64,000 nt of DNA from Candidatus Poribacteria bacterium (lineage in GTDB: Bacteria > Poribacteria > WGA-4E > PCPOR2b), in the NCBI GenBank assembly GCA_965218095.1, contig OZ244587.1, positions 1,152,001 through 1,216,000 of the forward strand, read 5' to 3'. Positions 51,205-60,966 of this stretch are shown piece by piece. Every line of letters begins with the position of its first letter. The first letter of the stretch is position 1. The notes under the pieces were generated by a model that saw only the letters and a list, made by a program, of their open reading frames with translations, made no database searches and had not been told where the DNA came from. The translations under genes were made by a program, and so were the position numbers.

Positions 51205-51966
51205 CGCAATCAGTAGTTTAGGGTTGAATTTCTGTGATAAATCGGGTATAATAAAGGTGTTCAAACCCGCATTATCAAAGGAGTTCAGCCATGAATTTGT
51301 TTGACACTATGGAACGATTTCCAGACCATAAATCTTGCATAGAATATCTTGAAAATATCCGCTGGGGTGATAATCCATATTGCCCACATTGTGGAAGTGT
51401 AGACGTGTATCAAAAGTTAGATGGCACCCGTGTAGGACGCTGGCATTGTAAGGATTGCCATGCAAGTTTTAATGTCTTAGCCAAGACGTTGTTTCAGGGA
51501 ACTCATGTTCCGCTTCAGAAGTGGTTTCTCGCCATCAGAGTGGTTTCTCGCCATCAGTCTGATGATGAATGCGAAGAAGAGCCTATCCAGTTGTCAGCTT
51601 GCCCGCGATTTGGGAATCAATCAGAAGACCGCATGGTATATGCAAGTCCGTATTCGTGCTGAAATGGCATCGAAGGGGGGCGGTCTCCTGAAAGGCATTG
51701 TTGAAACTGATGAAACCTACGTTGGTGGTAAGCCGAGAAAGGGAAACAAACGTAAGGATGATGAACCGAAGAACCCACGCGGGCGTGGCACGAAGAAAAC
51801 GCCGATCATTGGGGCTGTGGAACGCGGTGGCAAGGTTGTAGCCAAGGACCTGACGGGGAGAGGTGTCCTGAAGTTTATCAGGAATTACGTCAACCCAGAC
51901 GGGGCCGTGCTGATGACTGATGAATATCAAGCGTATAACGCGGTTGATTCTGCGTTCAAGCATGAA
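51205..51966 (+). mobile_element. Second IS1595-family element, frameshifted and right-truncated
   Basis: Left end cgcaatcagtag; promoter TTGAAT-17-TATAAT (51224-51252); tnp from 51291 with VETDETYVGG and MTDE; 19-bp tandem duplication at 51520-51557. Confidence 0.88.
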
Positions 51967-52490
51967 TTGGTTTCAGTTGCCTTATTACCTGACTCATCTT
52001 CGCCCGGTGCTGCGGAATCTGTCTGGGAGTCAGATTCCGCACCCGTATTCTCCTGACTCTGGGGTTCATCGGAATCTGTGAGGTTTTCTTCTGTTTCTTG
52101 TGTTTCTGGTTGCTCTGCCGATGCTTGGTCATCTGACTTTTCTTCTCCCTGTTCTACGGAATCTGTCCGGGAATCGGACTGGGGCTTGGTTTCGGTTGCC
52201 TTGTTATCTGGCTTGTCTTCGTCCGGTGCTTCGGAATCTGTCTGGGAGTCAGATTCCGCACCCGTATTCTCCTGATCCTGGGATTCATCTGAAGTCGTAG
52301 GATGTTCTTCTACTGTCCCGTTTTCACGCTGATTTGCTGTTTTCTCATCAGCAGCTACTACATCAGGTTTTTCGCTTTCTTGTGAATCTATTTTGGAGAC
52401 TGAATCACGGTTTGTGCTGTTGTTCTTGATCGAAAACCGGTGCCAAATGGCTTTGACTTTGATGAGTATTTTAACAAACTTCTTGAACAT
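51967..52490 (-). pseudogene. 5' fragment of an acidic low-complexity protein with a 73-aa internal repeat
   Basis: QENTGAESDSQTDS...NKATET repeated at 219-bp spacing; cut at the IS junction. Confidence 0.7.
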
Positions 52491-52494
52491 TGCC

Positions 52495-52680
52495 TTATAA
52501 CCTTTTTTGAATGCTTTGATAAGCTCGTTGAACATTGTCCTGTAACCTTAAATTCCATACATCTGGTAATTGACAATGTTCATGTCGAACGAGTACATCA
52601 GTCACTGCTAATCCAAAATGTTTTGCCGTCAACGGTTCGGGAATATCAAAATCCAAATCTGGACAAAAAATATCCCCCAA
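52495..52680 (-). pseudogene. Probable 3' remnant of an upstream gene of the same operon
   Basis: Protein-like 61-aa frame ending 4 bp before the next ATG; no good start. Confidence 0.35.
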
Positions 52681-52859
52681 GCCATTGATCCATTTACTTC
52701 TTTCGAGTGGTTATAGGATGACTACATCGCCTTCCAATATAGGCTATTTGCTGTGAAGAATACAACAAATTTTCCAATGTAAACAACAAGCCCATCTTAT
52801 CAGTGGTGAGTGCGTTTGTCAAGAAAAAATCACTCTGTTCTCCCCTCGCCCGCATCCCC

Positions 52860-53876
52860 TTAAATTTCCCCCCGATACTCCCGCTCAAGGGTATTGGTGA
52901 AATCAATCACCCGATCTAACGCCTCACTCGCACGGTCACAAGCCACACCCGTGGTTTCTTCATCGGCGAGCCATTTCTGCCGCTCCGGAATCCAATGCTC
53001 CTTGAGATAGGTCAATTGGTTCATAAAGTGAGGGTCTTCAGTGTCACTGACGAAATATTCAATAACACTGAGCAACCCGTACTTTCGGTTCGTCGGCATG
53101 TCATTCATTTCCGACGCAATTTGACCAGCCAACTGCTGGTTTCGATCCTGCCGCGCCTGCCCGACCTCCTTCGCCGATTCTGTCAATAAACTTTCGACGA
53201 AGGCCTGCTTGGAATTGACCCAGCGAGGTAGACTCTGGACATACTCCTCAAGATCGAACTTGCCGTTGCGCCGGATAGCGGAATAACTGTGGATATGGAC
53301 ATTTCGGAAAAATGCGGTATAGCCGACATTCGGGTCCATCGTGTCAGCATCGTATAGGATCTGATTTTCGACATTCCCGTAGAGAAAATCGAACCGTTCC
53401 TCGGTGAGGTTCATCGGCTTCAGGTGTGCCAGCACAATGGCACGGACAGCGTCAACAAAATCCTGATCGAAATCATACATCGCCAGTATCTTCTCGGTGA
53501 TAACTGCTCCGGACTCATGGTGAACCGTGCCGCCAAGGTTGTTTTCATCATAGAGCCGGGTGACGATGTTCTCTCGGTTCGGCGTGAGCGGTTCATTCAG
53601 CCAGAGTCCATCCGGATTAACGAGCCGTTTGCCATTCTCATCCGCCAAAATTTCACCGTCATACCGCTTGGTAATGTCGTGGAGTGTTCCTGCGACTTCG
53701 AGTTTGGTGACGTCGCCTCCCTCGCGCCTACCGAGCTCCATGCTCATGGCGCGGACCCGCATCGTGTGGTTCCATGTGTAGTACCGCCATTGGAATCCAA
53801 CACGGTTGTGATCCCATAGGCTGTAGGTTTCGGTGACGAGATTTTCAAGTTCGTTTAATACTTGAGAGTAGTTCAT
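52860..53876 (-). CDS. HD-domain protein
   Basis: NHTMRV, LHDITK, HH, LYDADTMD. Confidence 0.85.
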   Translation of the reverse strand: MNYSQVLNELENLVTETYSLWDHNRVGFQWRYYTWNHTMRVRAMSMELGRREGGDVTKLEVAGTLHDITKRYDGEILADENGKRLVNPDGLWLNEPLTPNRENIVTRLYDENNLGGTVHHESGAVITEKILAMYDFDQDFVDAVRAIVLAHLKPMNLTEERFDFLYGNVENQILYDADTMDPNVGYTAFFRNVHIHSYSAIRRNGKFDLEEYVQSLPRWVNSKQAFVESLLTESAKEVGQARQDRNQQLAGQIASEMNDMPTNRKYGLLSVIEYFVSDTEDPHFMNQLTYLKEHWIPERQKWLADEETTGVACDRASEALDRVIDFTNTLEREYRGEI

Positions 53877-53914
53877 AGATATCTCCTATTGCGTGATGCG
53901 TGATTCATTGACTC

Positions 53915-56326
53915 CTAGCCCGATGCTCTAGCGAAGTGAATGCTGACCTGTACCAGCTCTGTGGTTGAATCGAATTCAAACTCATAGATGGGCCTTTTCC
54001 AGCGAAAGTGGTAATTAGAGCCGTGGCACGCAGTTGCAGCGGGAACATAGCCTTCAGGTACATGAATGAACAATGTTCCTTTGCTGCGCGTGGGGGGCTT
54101 GCAAACCACTAAAAAACTCTGACTTCGCCCATCCCAGCCAGCGGACAGAATCTCGACGCTGCCCTGTGTGAAATGAATATCCGTTGCGAGCAGTTGGGGG
54201 ATGTCCTTTTCTGCGCGAAGACACAACAGCCTGACTGAACGGGATGGTGTATCGAACAGCGTTACCGTATCCCGGACGCTCCCGAGAAATTCACGATTCC
54301 AGAAATCGTGCACGAGGTAGTATTTCGATCGACTCAGGCCGAGCGAATCCAAAGTAAACTCGGCATCTTCCCTTCCATCCCCCCAGTTGAACACACCGAC
54401 CACATTCCAGGACTCGTAGGCGGATCTAACCTTGAGATTCCAGATCTGTGGAAGTATCTTTTCGTAGAGATCGACAGGCATTGCAGCATCTCCGATCAGT
54501 GGAAACACTTTGGCAAGCAATTCTGCCCGCGCCGGCTTGAGTGTCGTGAGGTCATCTGCGCAAGTCACTACGCCGCCACTGAGGGCTGCGACTGTAATCG
54601 CAACAAGCGCTTCATTCAAGGGAAGGGGTTCATCAATGACCAGCGCGCCAAACTCATTTGTCCATGATGCGCTATGCATCGGGAGATGCGCTGCGTAAGC
54701 ATTGGCAATTTGCTTTAGCCCTCGCCGCTCATCCCAGAGTGCTTCCCCGATATAGCTTCTATCACCCGAAAGCACACCATTCAATGCAAAGCCCCCAATG
54801 CTCGGTCCGCTGCACGTATTGCACGCAGCTAAGATGACCTCCTTTTTGCTTTCTTGAATCACCTGATTCAACAACTGGATGCCGAGACGGTAGAGCTCGA
54901 CGCTGGTAAGCGATTGGTCATGCCACACAAAGTTGTCCACATCCGCCATCGGTCCCATCGTGTAAGCGAGCAGATCAGCTTTGACCAGATCGTATCCCCA
55001 TTCATCGATAAGTTGTTGGGTTCGTTCACGAATGTGTGCTTGCGCGCCCGGATGGGATACATCGAGCAAGACAACCTCCGCCCCAGCTTCAGGCAAAACG
55101 AGGGAAGCCGGCTTCTTTTCACTGCGATCTTGCAGGAAATACTCCGGGTGCGTCTCCAGTAGTTTGGAGCTGATGTCTACGCAGAACGGCGAAAATTGAA
55201 TTCCCGCTTTTAGTCCCTTTGAATGGATGCTATCTGCAACCCACTTCATGCCACTCGGGAATTTCTGCGGATTCGCTTCGTGACTTCCGATTGATTCTGC
55301 CCAACGACTTCCAATCTGGATGTACTCCAGTCCACCTGGAATCAAGGGGTAAAATGATTGGCTTTTGGTAATCTGATTAATTTGCTGAGAGATCTGGGTT
55401 GCATTGATCGATTCGTGTTCGCCTGTGTGCGCGCACCAGCCTGAGAAGACACGATCTAGCGATTTCGGCTTCATGTGCTTCGCGACCATCTCTGCGTAGA
55501 GCTGATATGCCTCCGTTGCCTGATTTGCAAAATTCAAGTAAACGGGTTCAGAGCGTACCTCCTCACCTTGATGACAGAGATGGTTCTCGCACTTATGGTA
55601 AAGCGCCCAGTGATTCACGCCATGATTTTCTTCGTTACTCGATTGCGCTTGTACGTCATATCCGACCTGGATAGCTGACCGCCATTTTTGAAAGTTCAAA
55701 AAACCGAAAACAAGCGATCTCCGAGTCTCTGTATCGTAGAAAACACCATTGTAACAGGATTCTGTGGAAGCATCCTGATTAATGCGAAAACCGTCGTGGA
55801 GTTCCCTAACGCTATACGCAATCGGCGTATCCATATCCAGAAAGGTGTGATAACCGGAGGGCGCCCCTCCTAAATAGACGCCGCCTTCGGCTTTGCCGTT
55901 GTGGGGCGAGACATCAATCAAGGCGATCTGTTCTAATGCAACGGGCGCCTCGTTCAAGTTTTCAACACCGACGGTGAATACGAGATAAGGCTTCCTGTGA
56001 TAACATTTCAAGTAGAGGTGGGTCCGCAGCCCATAGCCTTCCGCCTGGTGAGAAAATGTAATTGGCTGGTAGATACCGAACTCATCTTCTGTGGTAGGGT
56101 GCGTTATAAACTCCGAATTTCCCTGGTCTAGTGTTGCTAGAACTGTTCCATCTTGTAAAACAACCTTTATATATGCATCCCTGATAACACTATAATCTGT
56201 TCTATCAATGTAGCTCCAAGTCCCTTTTGAAAGGTTGAAATTGACTCGGAGCAGATTATTTTTCGCTATGACTTGGTTGCCTCGTCGGATAACAGTCAGG
56301 TCGCCAGCTTCTTGTCTCATGCGCAA
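53915..56326 (-). CDS. Alpha-galactosidase-like (GH36-like) protein
   Basis: SGWC, KFPSGMK..AD.IH.KGLKAG, LDVSHP, WGYDLVKAD, VGVFNW. Confidence 0.85.
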   Translation of the reverse strand: MRMRQEAGDLTVIRRGNQVIAKNNLLRVNFNLSKGTWSYIDRTDYSVIRDAYIKVVLQDGTVLATLDQGNSEFITHPTTEDEFGIYQPITFSHQAEGYGLRTHLYLKCYHRKPYLVFTVGVENLNEAPVALEQIALIDVSPHNGKAEGGVYLGGAPSGYHTFLDMDTPIAYSVRELHDGFRINQDASTESCYNGVFYDTETRRSLVFGFLNFQKWRSAIQVGYDVQAQSSNEENHGVNHWALYHKCENHLCHQGEEVRSEPVYLNFANQATEAYQLYAEMVAKHMKPKSLDRVFSGWCAHTGEHESINATQISQQINQITKSQSFYPLIPGGLEYIQIGSRWAESIGSHEANPQKFPSGMKWVADSIHSKGLKAGIQFSPFCVDISSKLLETHPEYFLQDRSEKKPASLVLPEAGAEVVLLDVSHPGAQAHIRERTQQLIDEWGYDLVKADLLAYTMGPMADVDNFVWHDQSLTSVELYRLGIQLLNQVIQESKKEVILAACNTCSGPSIGGFALNGVLSGDRSYIGEALWDERRGLKQIANAYAAHLPMHSASWTNEFGALVIDEPLPLNEALVAITVAALSGGVVTCADDLTTLKPARAELLAKVFPLIGDAAMPVDLYEKILPQIWNLKVRSAYESWNVVGVFNWGDGREDAEFTLDSLGLSRSKYYLVHDFWNREFLGSVRDTVTLFDTPSRSVRLLCLRAEKDIPQLLATDIHFTQGSVEILSAGWDGRSQSFLVVCKPPTRSKGTLFIHVPEGYVPAATACHGSNYHFRWKRPIYEFEFDSTTELVQVSIHFARASG

Positions 56327-56343
56327 TATTCCTCCATCTGAAT

Positions 56344-56482
56344 TATACCCAACGCCGTATCAAATTGCGGTTTTGGTGGCATCCGTCATCCTGAACGAAG
56401 TGAAGAATCTCTTACGTTGAGATTCTTCGCAAAACCTCAGAATGACAGCCGAAAAGCGCAGTTTCTGGCGGTGGGCAGTATA
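56344..56482. repeat. Nested palindromic element
   Basis: Inner gtcatcctga..gaagaatct / agattcttc..tcagaatgac (56385-56446) within imperfect outer inverted arms. Confidence 0.6.
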
Positions 56483-56492
56483 ACGACTGAAC

Positions 56493-56537
56493 CGTGATGC
56501 GTGATGCGTAAAACGTGAAGCGTAAAATGTAATGCGT
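56493..56537 (+). repeat. Degenerate heptamer tandem repeat (cgtgatg/cgtaaaa)
   Basis: Same family at ~5860, ~40700 (reverse), ~44395 and ~53892. Confidence 0.6.
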
Positions 56538-56654
56538 CAGGTCGTTTGGGTATTAGGCTCAGGAATGATAACCCCCTAAATTTACTTTCCTAACGCCCAG
56601 CAGTGAAGCAGCGTGGCTGGCTCGCCGCCGACCTGTGATAGCGAGAACGTCTCT

Positions 56655-56840
56655 TCAGGCTTGAGAAAGATCACGTCTCTCACACCAAGCGTTGATTTCT
56701 CTTGGGTAGTCTTTACCCCTCCGAGTATCCTCCCATTCCAAAAAGTCGCTATCGAAAATCTGTGTCGCCCTTGAGACGTTCACTTTGTGCTTCTGCTGAT
56801 TTTCTCAGTTCTTCTGTTCGTCCCATTCATACTGTATCAT
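56655..56840 (-). pseudogene. BrnT-like toxin remnant
   Basis: MIQYEWDEQKN*ENQQKHKV...IFDSDFLEWEDTR with TGA at codon 12. Confidence 0.65.
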
Positions 56841-56865
56841 AATTGAACCCGCTTAAGACCAATAA

Positions 56866-57564
56866 TCAATAATCATCAAAATACCGGGAATAGTAACTGT
56901 GCCGCCGTCGCCGCTCAAAGAACTTGACCAGAATCAACCCGGCGACGAAACCGCCGATGTGCGCCCACCATGCCACCCCGCCGGAAGTCCCCAAACTACC
57001 AACCACAGCCAGTACAAACAGACCGTTGAACAATTGAGACAGAAACCAAAATCCAAGATACAGCAAGGCTGGGATTTCAATGAACCAGGGCAAAAAGAAG
57101 AGCGGAACTAACGCGAGGATGCGAGCACGGGGAAACAGGAGGAGGTAGGCGCCCGATATGCCAGAAATGGCTCCGCTTGCACCGACCATCGGAATAAGTG
57201 AGCGCGGCGCAATGAAAACCTGCGTGAGCCCTGCGGCAACACCGCACAGGAGATAAAACACGAAATAGCGGAAATGTCCCATCCGATCTTCGATATTGTT
57301 GCCGAAGAGATAGAGCGCCCACATATTGCTAATCAGGTGAAACCAGCCGCCGTGCAGAAACATAGAGGTAAAGATGGTATGAGACTCTAGCATCCAATTT
57401 CGGACCAGGTGCTGCGGCGTCAGCCCAACTATTTGAACCAAGCGATCTAATTGGCCCGGTGTAAGCGATACCTCAAACATAAAAATGAAGACGTTAACAG
57501 CGATGATCAGCCAGTTGACAAAAGGCACACTGCGAGGTCGTACGCTATCTCTAATCGGAAACAT
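56866..57564 (-). CDS. Rhomboid intramembrane protease
   Basis: SMFLHGGWFHL..NM, VGASGAI, AWWAHIGG. Confidence 0.95.
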   Translation of the reverse strand: MFPIRDSVRPRSVPFVNWLIIAVNVFIFMFEVSLTPGQLDRLVQIVGLTPQHLVRNWMLESHTIFTSMFLHGGWFHLISNMWALYLFGNNIEDRMGHFRYFVFYLLCGVAAGLTQVFIAPRSLIPMVGASGAISGISGAYLLLFPRARILALVPLFFLPWFIEIPALLYLGFWFLSQLFNGLFVLAVVGSLGTSGGVAWWAHIGGFVAGLILVKFFERRRRHSYYSRYFDDY

Positions 57565-57618
57565 GAGTTTGTCCTCTCATCCTTCTGTGGGGTCGGTTCG
57601 CAAATTCGCTGGTTTTCC

Positions 57619-58365
57619 TTACCAGACTTCGTTCGCAATCTCGTAATCCTGCGTGGTGTCGATCTCATAATACCCGCCCGCAACATCCACTTTGTGAATT
57701 TCTACACCGTGCTCAATCATTTCCTGAAAGAGTTGGATTAGATACGCTTTCTGCACCGATGCCGCTCCTTGAAAGGGCATGCCATCGTATTGGCGACAAA
57801 CGCGGTGATAGTGCTCCCGTAGGATTTTCGCCCCACACGGGCTAAACTTAGCGACGCCGATATACTCTCCGTGCGCAGCTTCGGGTGCTATATCGCGGCT
57901 GATTCTTGTGACTCGCGCTCCATCTGCGAGGATTTTTTCACCATCATCTTCGGGGTGGAGTGTACGCGCTGCGTAACGCTCTCGCCAAGCAGTATCAACG
58001 ACAAGCGTGATGTCGTAAGGGGTGTCCATCAACTGCTGCGTCACCCAAGGACGGCAGATAATGTCCGCATAGGTGCAGGCAAAAGGTTCATTCATTTCAG
58101 CTTCGGCGCAAAGGAGAGAGGTCAAGATATTATTATTCTGCCAGTTGGCGTTATGGTAAAAGTGGAAGGTAGGATAATCGTTCTGGATGCGTTGAATCTG
58201 ATATCCGCCGACAAAGACAATATCCTCCACATCTGCTGCACGCCACGCTTCGAGTATCCAATCGAGGATGCGTTTACCTCTGATCTCCGCGAAACATTTC
58301 GGCGTGTTCTCTGTAAGGGGCATGAGCCGCCTGCCTCGCCCCGCACCAATGATAATCGCTTTCAT
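57619..58365 (-). CDS. Phosphocholine cytidylyltransferase-like NTP transferase
   Basis: GAGRGRRL.PLT..PKC, GEYIG, EIDT. Confidence 0.88.
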   Translation of the reverse strand: MKAIIIGAGRGRRLMPLTENTPKCFAEIRGKRILDWILEAWRAADVEDIVFVGGYQIQRIQNDYPTFHFYHNANWQNNNILTSLLCAEAEMNEPFACTYADIICRPWVTQQLMDTPYDITLVVDTAWRERYAARTLHPEDDGEKILADGARVTRISRDIAPEAAHGEYIGVAKFSPCGAKILREHYHRVCRQYDGMPFQGAASVQKAYLIQLFQEMIEHGVEIHKVDVAGGYYEIDTTQDYEIANEVW

Positions 58366-58595
58366 TGTCTAGATGTCTTTCTTTAATCTGAAACTACTTA
58401 TATTTTACACAAGTACAAGCAGATCGTAAACCTTTTTTATCGGATTTTGCCTTAAGAATCTCCGGATACTACGATTTTTCCCTTCTCATTTCTGGGAAGT
58501 TGTGCTAGAATGAACCACTAGTATAGGAGCAAGTTTTGCACTTATATTGATAGAAGGTTACCGGTCGAACAAGACGATAAGTAAGGAGATTTTTT

Positions 58596-59486
58596 ATGTC
58601 AAACGCTAATCCTTTCAAACATCCCGGTCAATGGTATCGCGGCAACACCCACAGCCACAGCACAGAGTCCGACGGAAAGCTGCCGATGGCGGAACGCTTT
58701 GCGGCTTACCGTGAGGCAGGTTACGACTTTTTGGTGCTGACCGACCATCGAAAGGTCAATGATGTTTCCACCTACAGTGATGACGGTTTCCTAGCAATTT
58801 CTGGCAGCGAAGTACACCCCAACAACCCTTACGGCGGCGACACATATCATATTGTCGGTATAAACCTCCACGAACGCATCAACTGCGCCGAGCTACATCC
58901 TAACGCCGTGATCGAGGAGATTAAGCGGCAGGGCGGCGAGGCGGTGCTCTGCCACCCCTACTGGTGTGGACACACGCTGCTGGACTATCTGCCGCTGAGT
59001 GGATACTTCGCGGTTGAAGTCTATAACGACACCTGCATGGGCATCGGCAAGGGCTTTTCCGAACAGGCTTGGGATGACTTATTGGATCGCGGCGGCCCCG
59101 TCTTCGGTATCGCTTCTGACGATGCACACGGCACGGAGCACGACTGTTTTCACGGGTGGGTCATGGTGAAGGTGCCCGAGCTCACCACCGATGCTATTAT
59201 GACAGCGTTTCGCACCGGAGCTTTCTATTCAACCCTCGGGCCGGAGCTGATCGACCTGGAGCTGGTGGACGAAAGCGAAGAGAAAAGGAGCGTCAGCGTC
59301 AAGTGTTCACCTGCACAGTCCATCGTTTTCAAAGCCCAGCGCAGTCGTGGCAAGCGCATCGTTGCCCCCGAAGGGGAGACTCTGACTGAGGCAATGTATG
59401 AAGTGCCGAGCAGCGTCAAGTACGTCCGCGTCGAGATTACCGATGAGACCGGCAAGAAGGCGTGGTCAAATCCGTTTTTCTTTTAA
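58596..59486 (+). CDS. PHP-domain (CehA/McbA-like) metallohydrolase
   Basis: GNTHSHSTESDG, TDH, CHPYW, SDDAH, AWSNP. Confidence 0.9.
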   Translation: MSNANPFKHPGQWYRGNTHSHSTESDGKLPMAERFAAYREAGYDFLVLTDHRKVNDVSTYSDDGFLAISGSEVHPNNPYGGDTYHIVGINLHERINCAELHPNAVIEEIKRQGGEAVLCHPYWCGHTLLDYLPLSGYFAVEVYNDTCMGIGKGFSEQAWDDLLDRGGPVFGIASDDAHGTEHDCFHGWVMVKVPELTTDAIMTAFRTGAFYSTLGPELIDLELVDESEEKRSVSVKCSPAQSIVFKAQRSRGKRIVAPEGETLTEAMYEVPSSVKYVRVEITDETGKKAWSNPFFF

Positions 59487-59572
59487 GCTCAATCTGTAAA
59501 TGACGTGCCAGAGCATGTCCAAAGAATCTCACTGTCAATACTGAGAAAGGTGAGCAACGTTTAACAAGTACC

Positions 59573-59623
59573 GGCGATTGCCTCCCGCTCCCAAAATAGG
59601 CGTGGACAGGCAATCGCCCTTTT
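59573..59623 (+). terminator. Putative intrinsic terminator
   Basis: ggcgattgcct...aggcaatcgcc followed by ctttt. Confidence 0.45.
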
Positions 59624-59709
59624 GCCCGCTGTTAGTATTGTAGAGACAATTCCCTGTGTCTGTTCGCTTGTTGTCCGGCGATGTCCCGTCTTGTAGGAGA
59701 ATTGGCAAT

Positions 59710-60354
59710 ATGAAATCCTATAGTAAGACGATGCCCATTATCTCAAGTGTGGTGGCCGTGGGAGTTCTCTTTATTGTGTCCGTGGGAGCATTAGTCATGC
59801 CCATGCCACGAAACCTATCTTCACTGACACCCGCGGAAGAAGAATACCTCAACAAGAATCTTGCGACGAGGCGAATCTCGGAGGAAGATTTCCCGATGAT
59901 TATCCGCCGGATGCGCCGTGACCCCCAACGGGAAGGTACGTTGAAACGTGCAATTAATAACGATTTCAACGCCCGGTTTTCGCGTGATGTCCACGATATC
60001 AGCCGTGCGGTCCGTGATCCGTTGATTGTTTGGGATACGACCAAACAGTACTTTGAGCAAACGGGCATCCCGAAAGGGTTAGGCAAGATAGGCTTGTCCA
60101 TGATTACGAGCCCGTTTCGAGTTGCGGAGGAACTCATATCGGAACGACAAGAGCACCCTTTGAGGACAAATGTGGTGGCGTTAGCTTGGGGGGTACTGAT
60201 CTCTGTAAGCTTAACGGCATGTTTAGCAGATTTTCGCAATACGTTCGGCTACCCACATTTGGCACCCGTTATCCTGCAGAGTCCAAAAGTTTTGTGGAAA
60301 TTCACGCTGGATAGAATCAGGGAACTGTCAAAGGCGATACAGGGTAAAGAGTGA
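59710..60354 (+). CDS. Hypothetical membrane protein
   Basis: AGGAG upstream of ATG 59710; N-terminal and C-terminal hydrophobic helices. Confidence 0.6.
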   Translation: MKSYSKTMPIISSVVAVGVLFIVSVGALVMPMPRNLSSLTPAEEEYLNKNLATRRISEEDFPMIIRRMRRDPQREGTLKRAINNDFNARFSRDVHDISRAVRDPLIVWDTTKQYFEQTGIPKGLGKIGLSMITSPFRVAEELISERQEHPLRTNVVALAWGVLISVSLTACLADFRNTFGYPHLAPVILQSPKVLWKFTLDRIRELSKAIQGKE

Positions 60355-60474
60355 CTTCTCTTTGTAGGAACAGGTTTCAAACCTGCACTACCTTACAGCA
60401 CCTGCAAATTGACAGGTAAGGCATGGAGGGATACCAAGTCTACAAAAACAGGTCTGTCTAATAGAGTGAAGCTT

Positions 60475-60966
60475 GTGCAAACTCTTCTTCAAATCTGGAA
60501 AATATATCTTGATACTTGTTGTTTGAATCGTCCTTTTAATGATCAGACGCAAGCGCGGATTCGCCGTGAAACTGAAGCCGTTCAGACAATTCTCGCTCGG
60601 TTTTTCACAAGTGACTGGCAGTGGGTTACTAGCACGGTTCTAGTGAATGAAATCAGCAAAACCCCTGGTGCAGCACTACGCGATGATATGGAAGCCTTAC
60701 TAAGTCTTGCACATCAAAATGTCTCGGTTGGTGCGTCGGAACAAACGCGATGCACACCACTTAAATCGTTGGGATTTAAGTGGTTGGATGCTTTGCATAT
60801 TGCCTGTGCCGAAAGCGGTGGAACGGATATCCTTCTAACTACAGACGATCGGATGCTTAGAAGGGCGAAACGCTTCCATTCGCAACTTCGCGTTCGTGTT
60901 GAAAACCCTTGCACATGGTTAGAGGAGATCGCTGAAGATGAACATACGAGATCTGCTAGAAGCTGA
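60475..60966 (+). CDS. PIN-domain (VapC-like) RNase toxin; start uncertain
   Basis: IYLDTCCLNRPFND...E.EA, E, LDALHIACA, LLTTDD. Confidence 0.88.
   Translation: MQTLLQIWKIYLDTCCLNRPFNDQTQARIRRETEAVQTILARFFTSDWQWVTSTVLVNEISKTPGAALRDDMEALLSLAHQNVSVGASEQTRCTPLKSLGFKWLDALHIACAESGGTDILLTTDDRMLRRAKRFHSQLRVRVENPCTWLEEIAEDEHTRSARS

Noticed and set aside
48405-51966. Composite transposon formed by the two IS1595 copies
   Set aside because: The first element has its own target duplication, and the DNA between the two is the interrupted helicase
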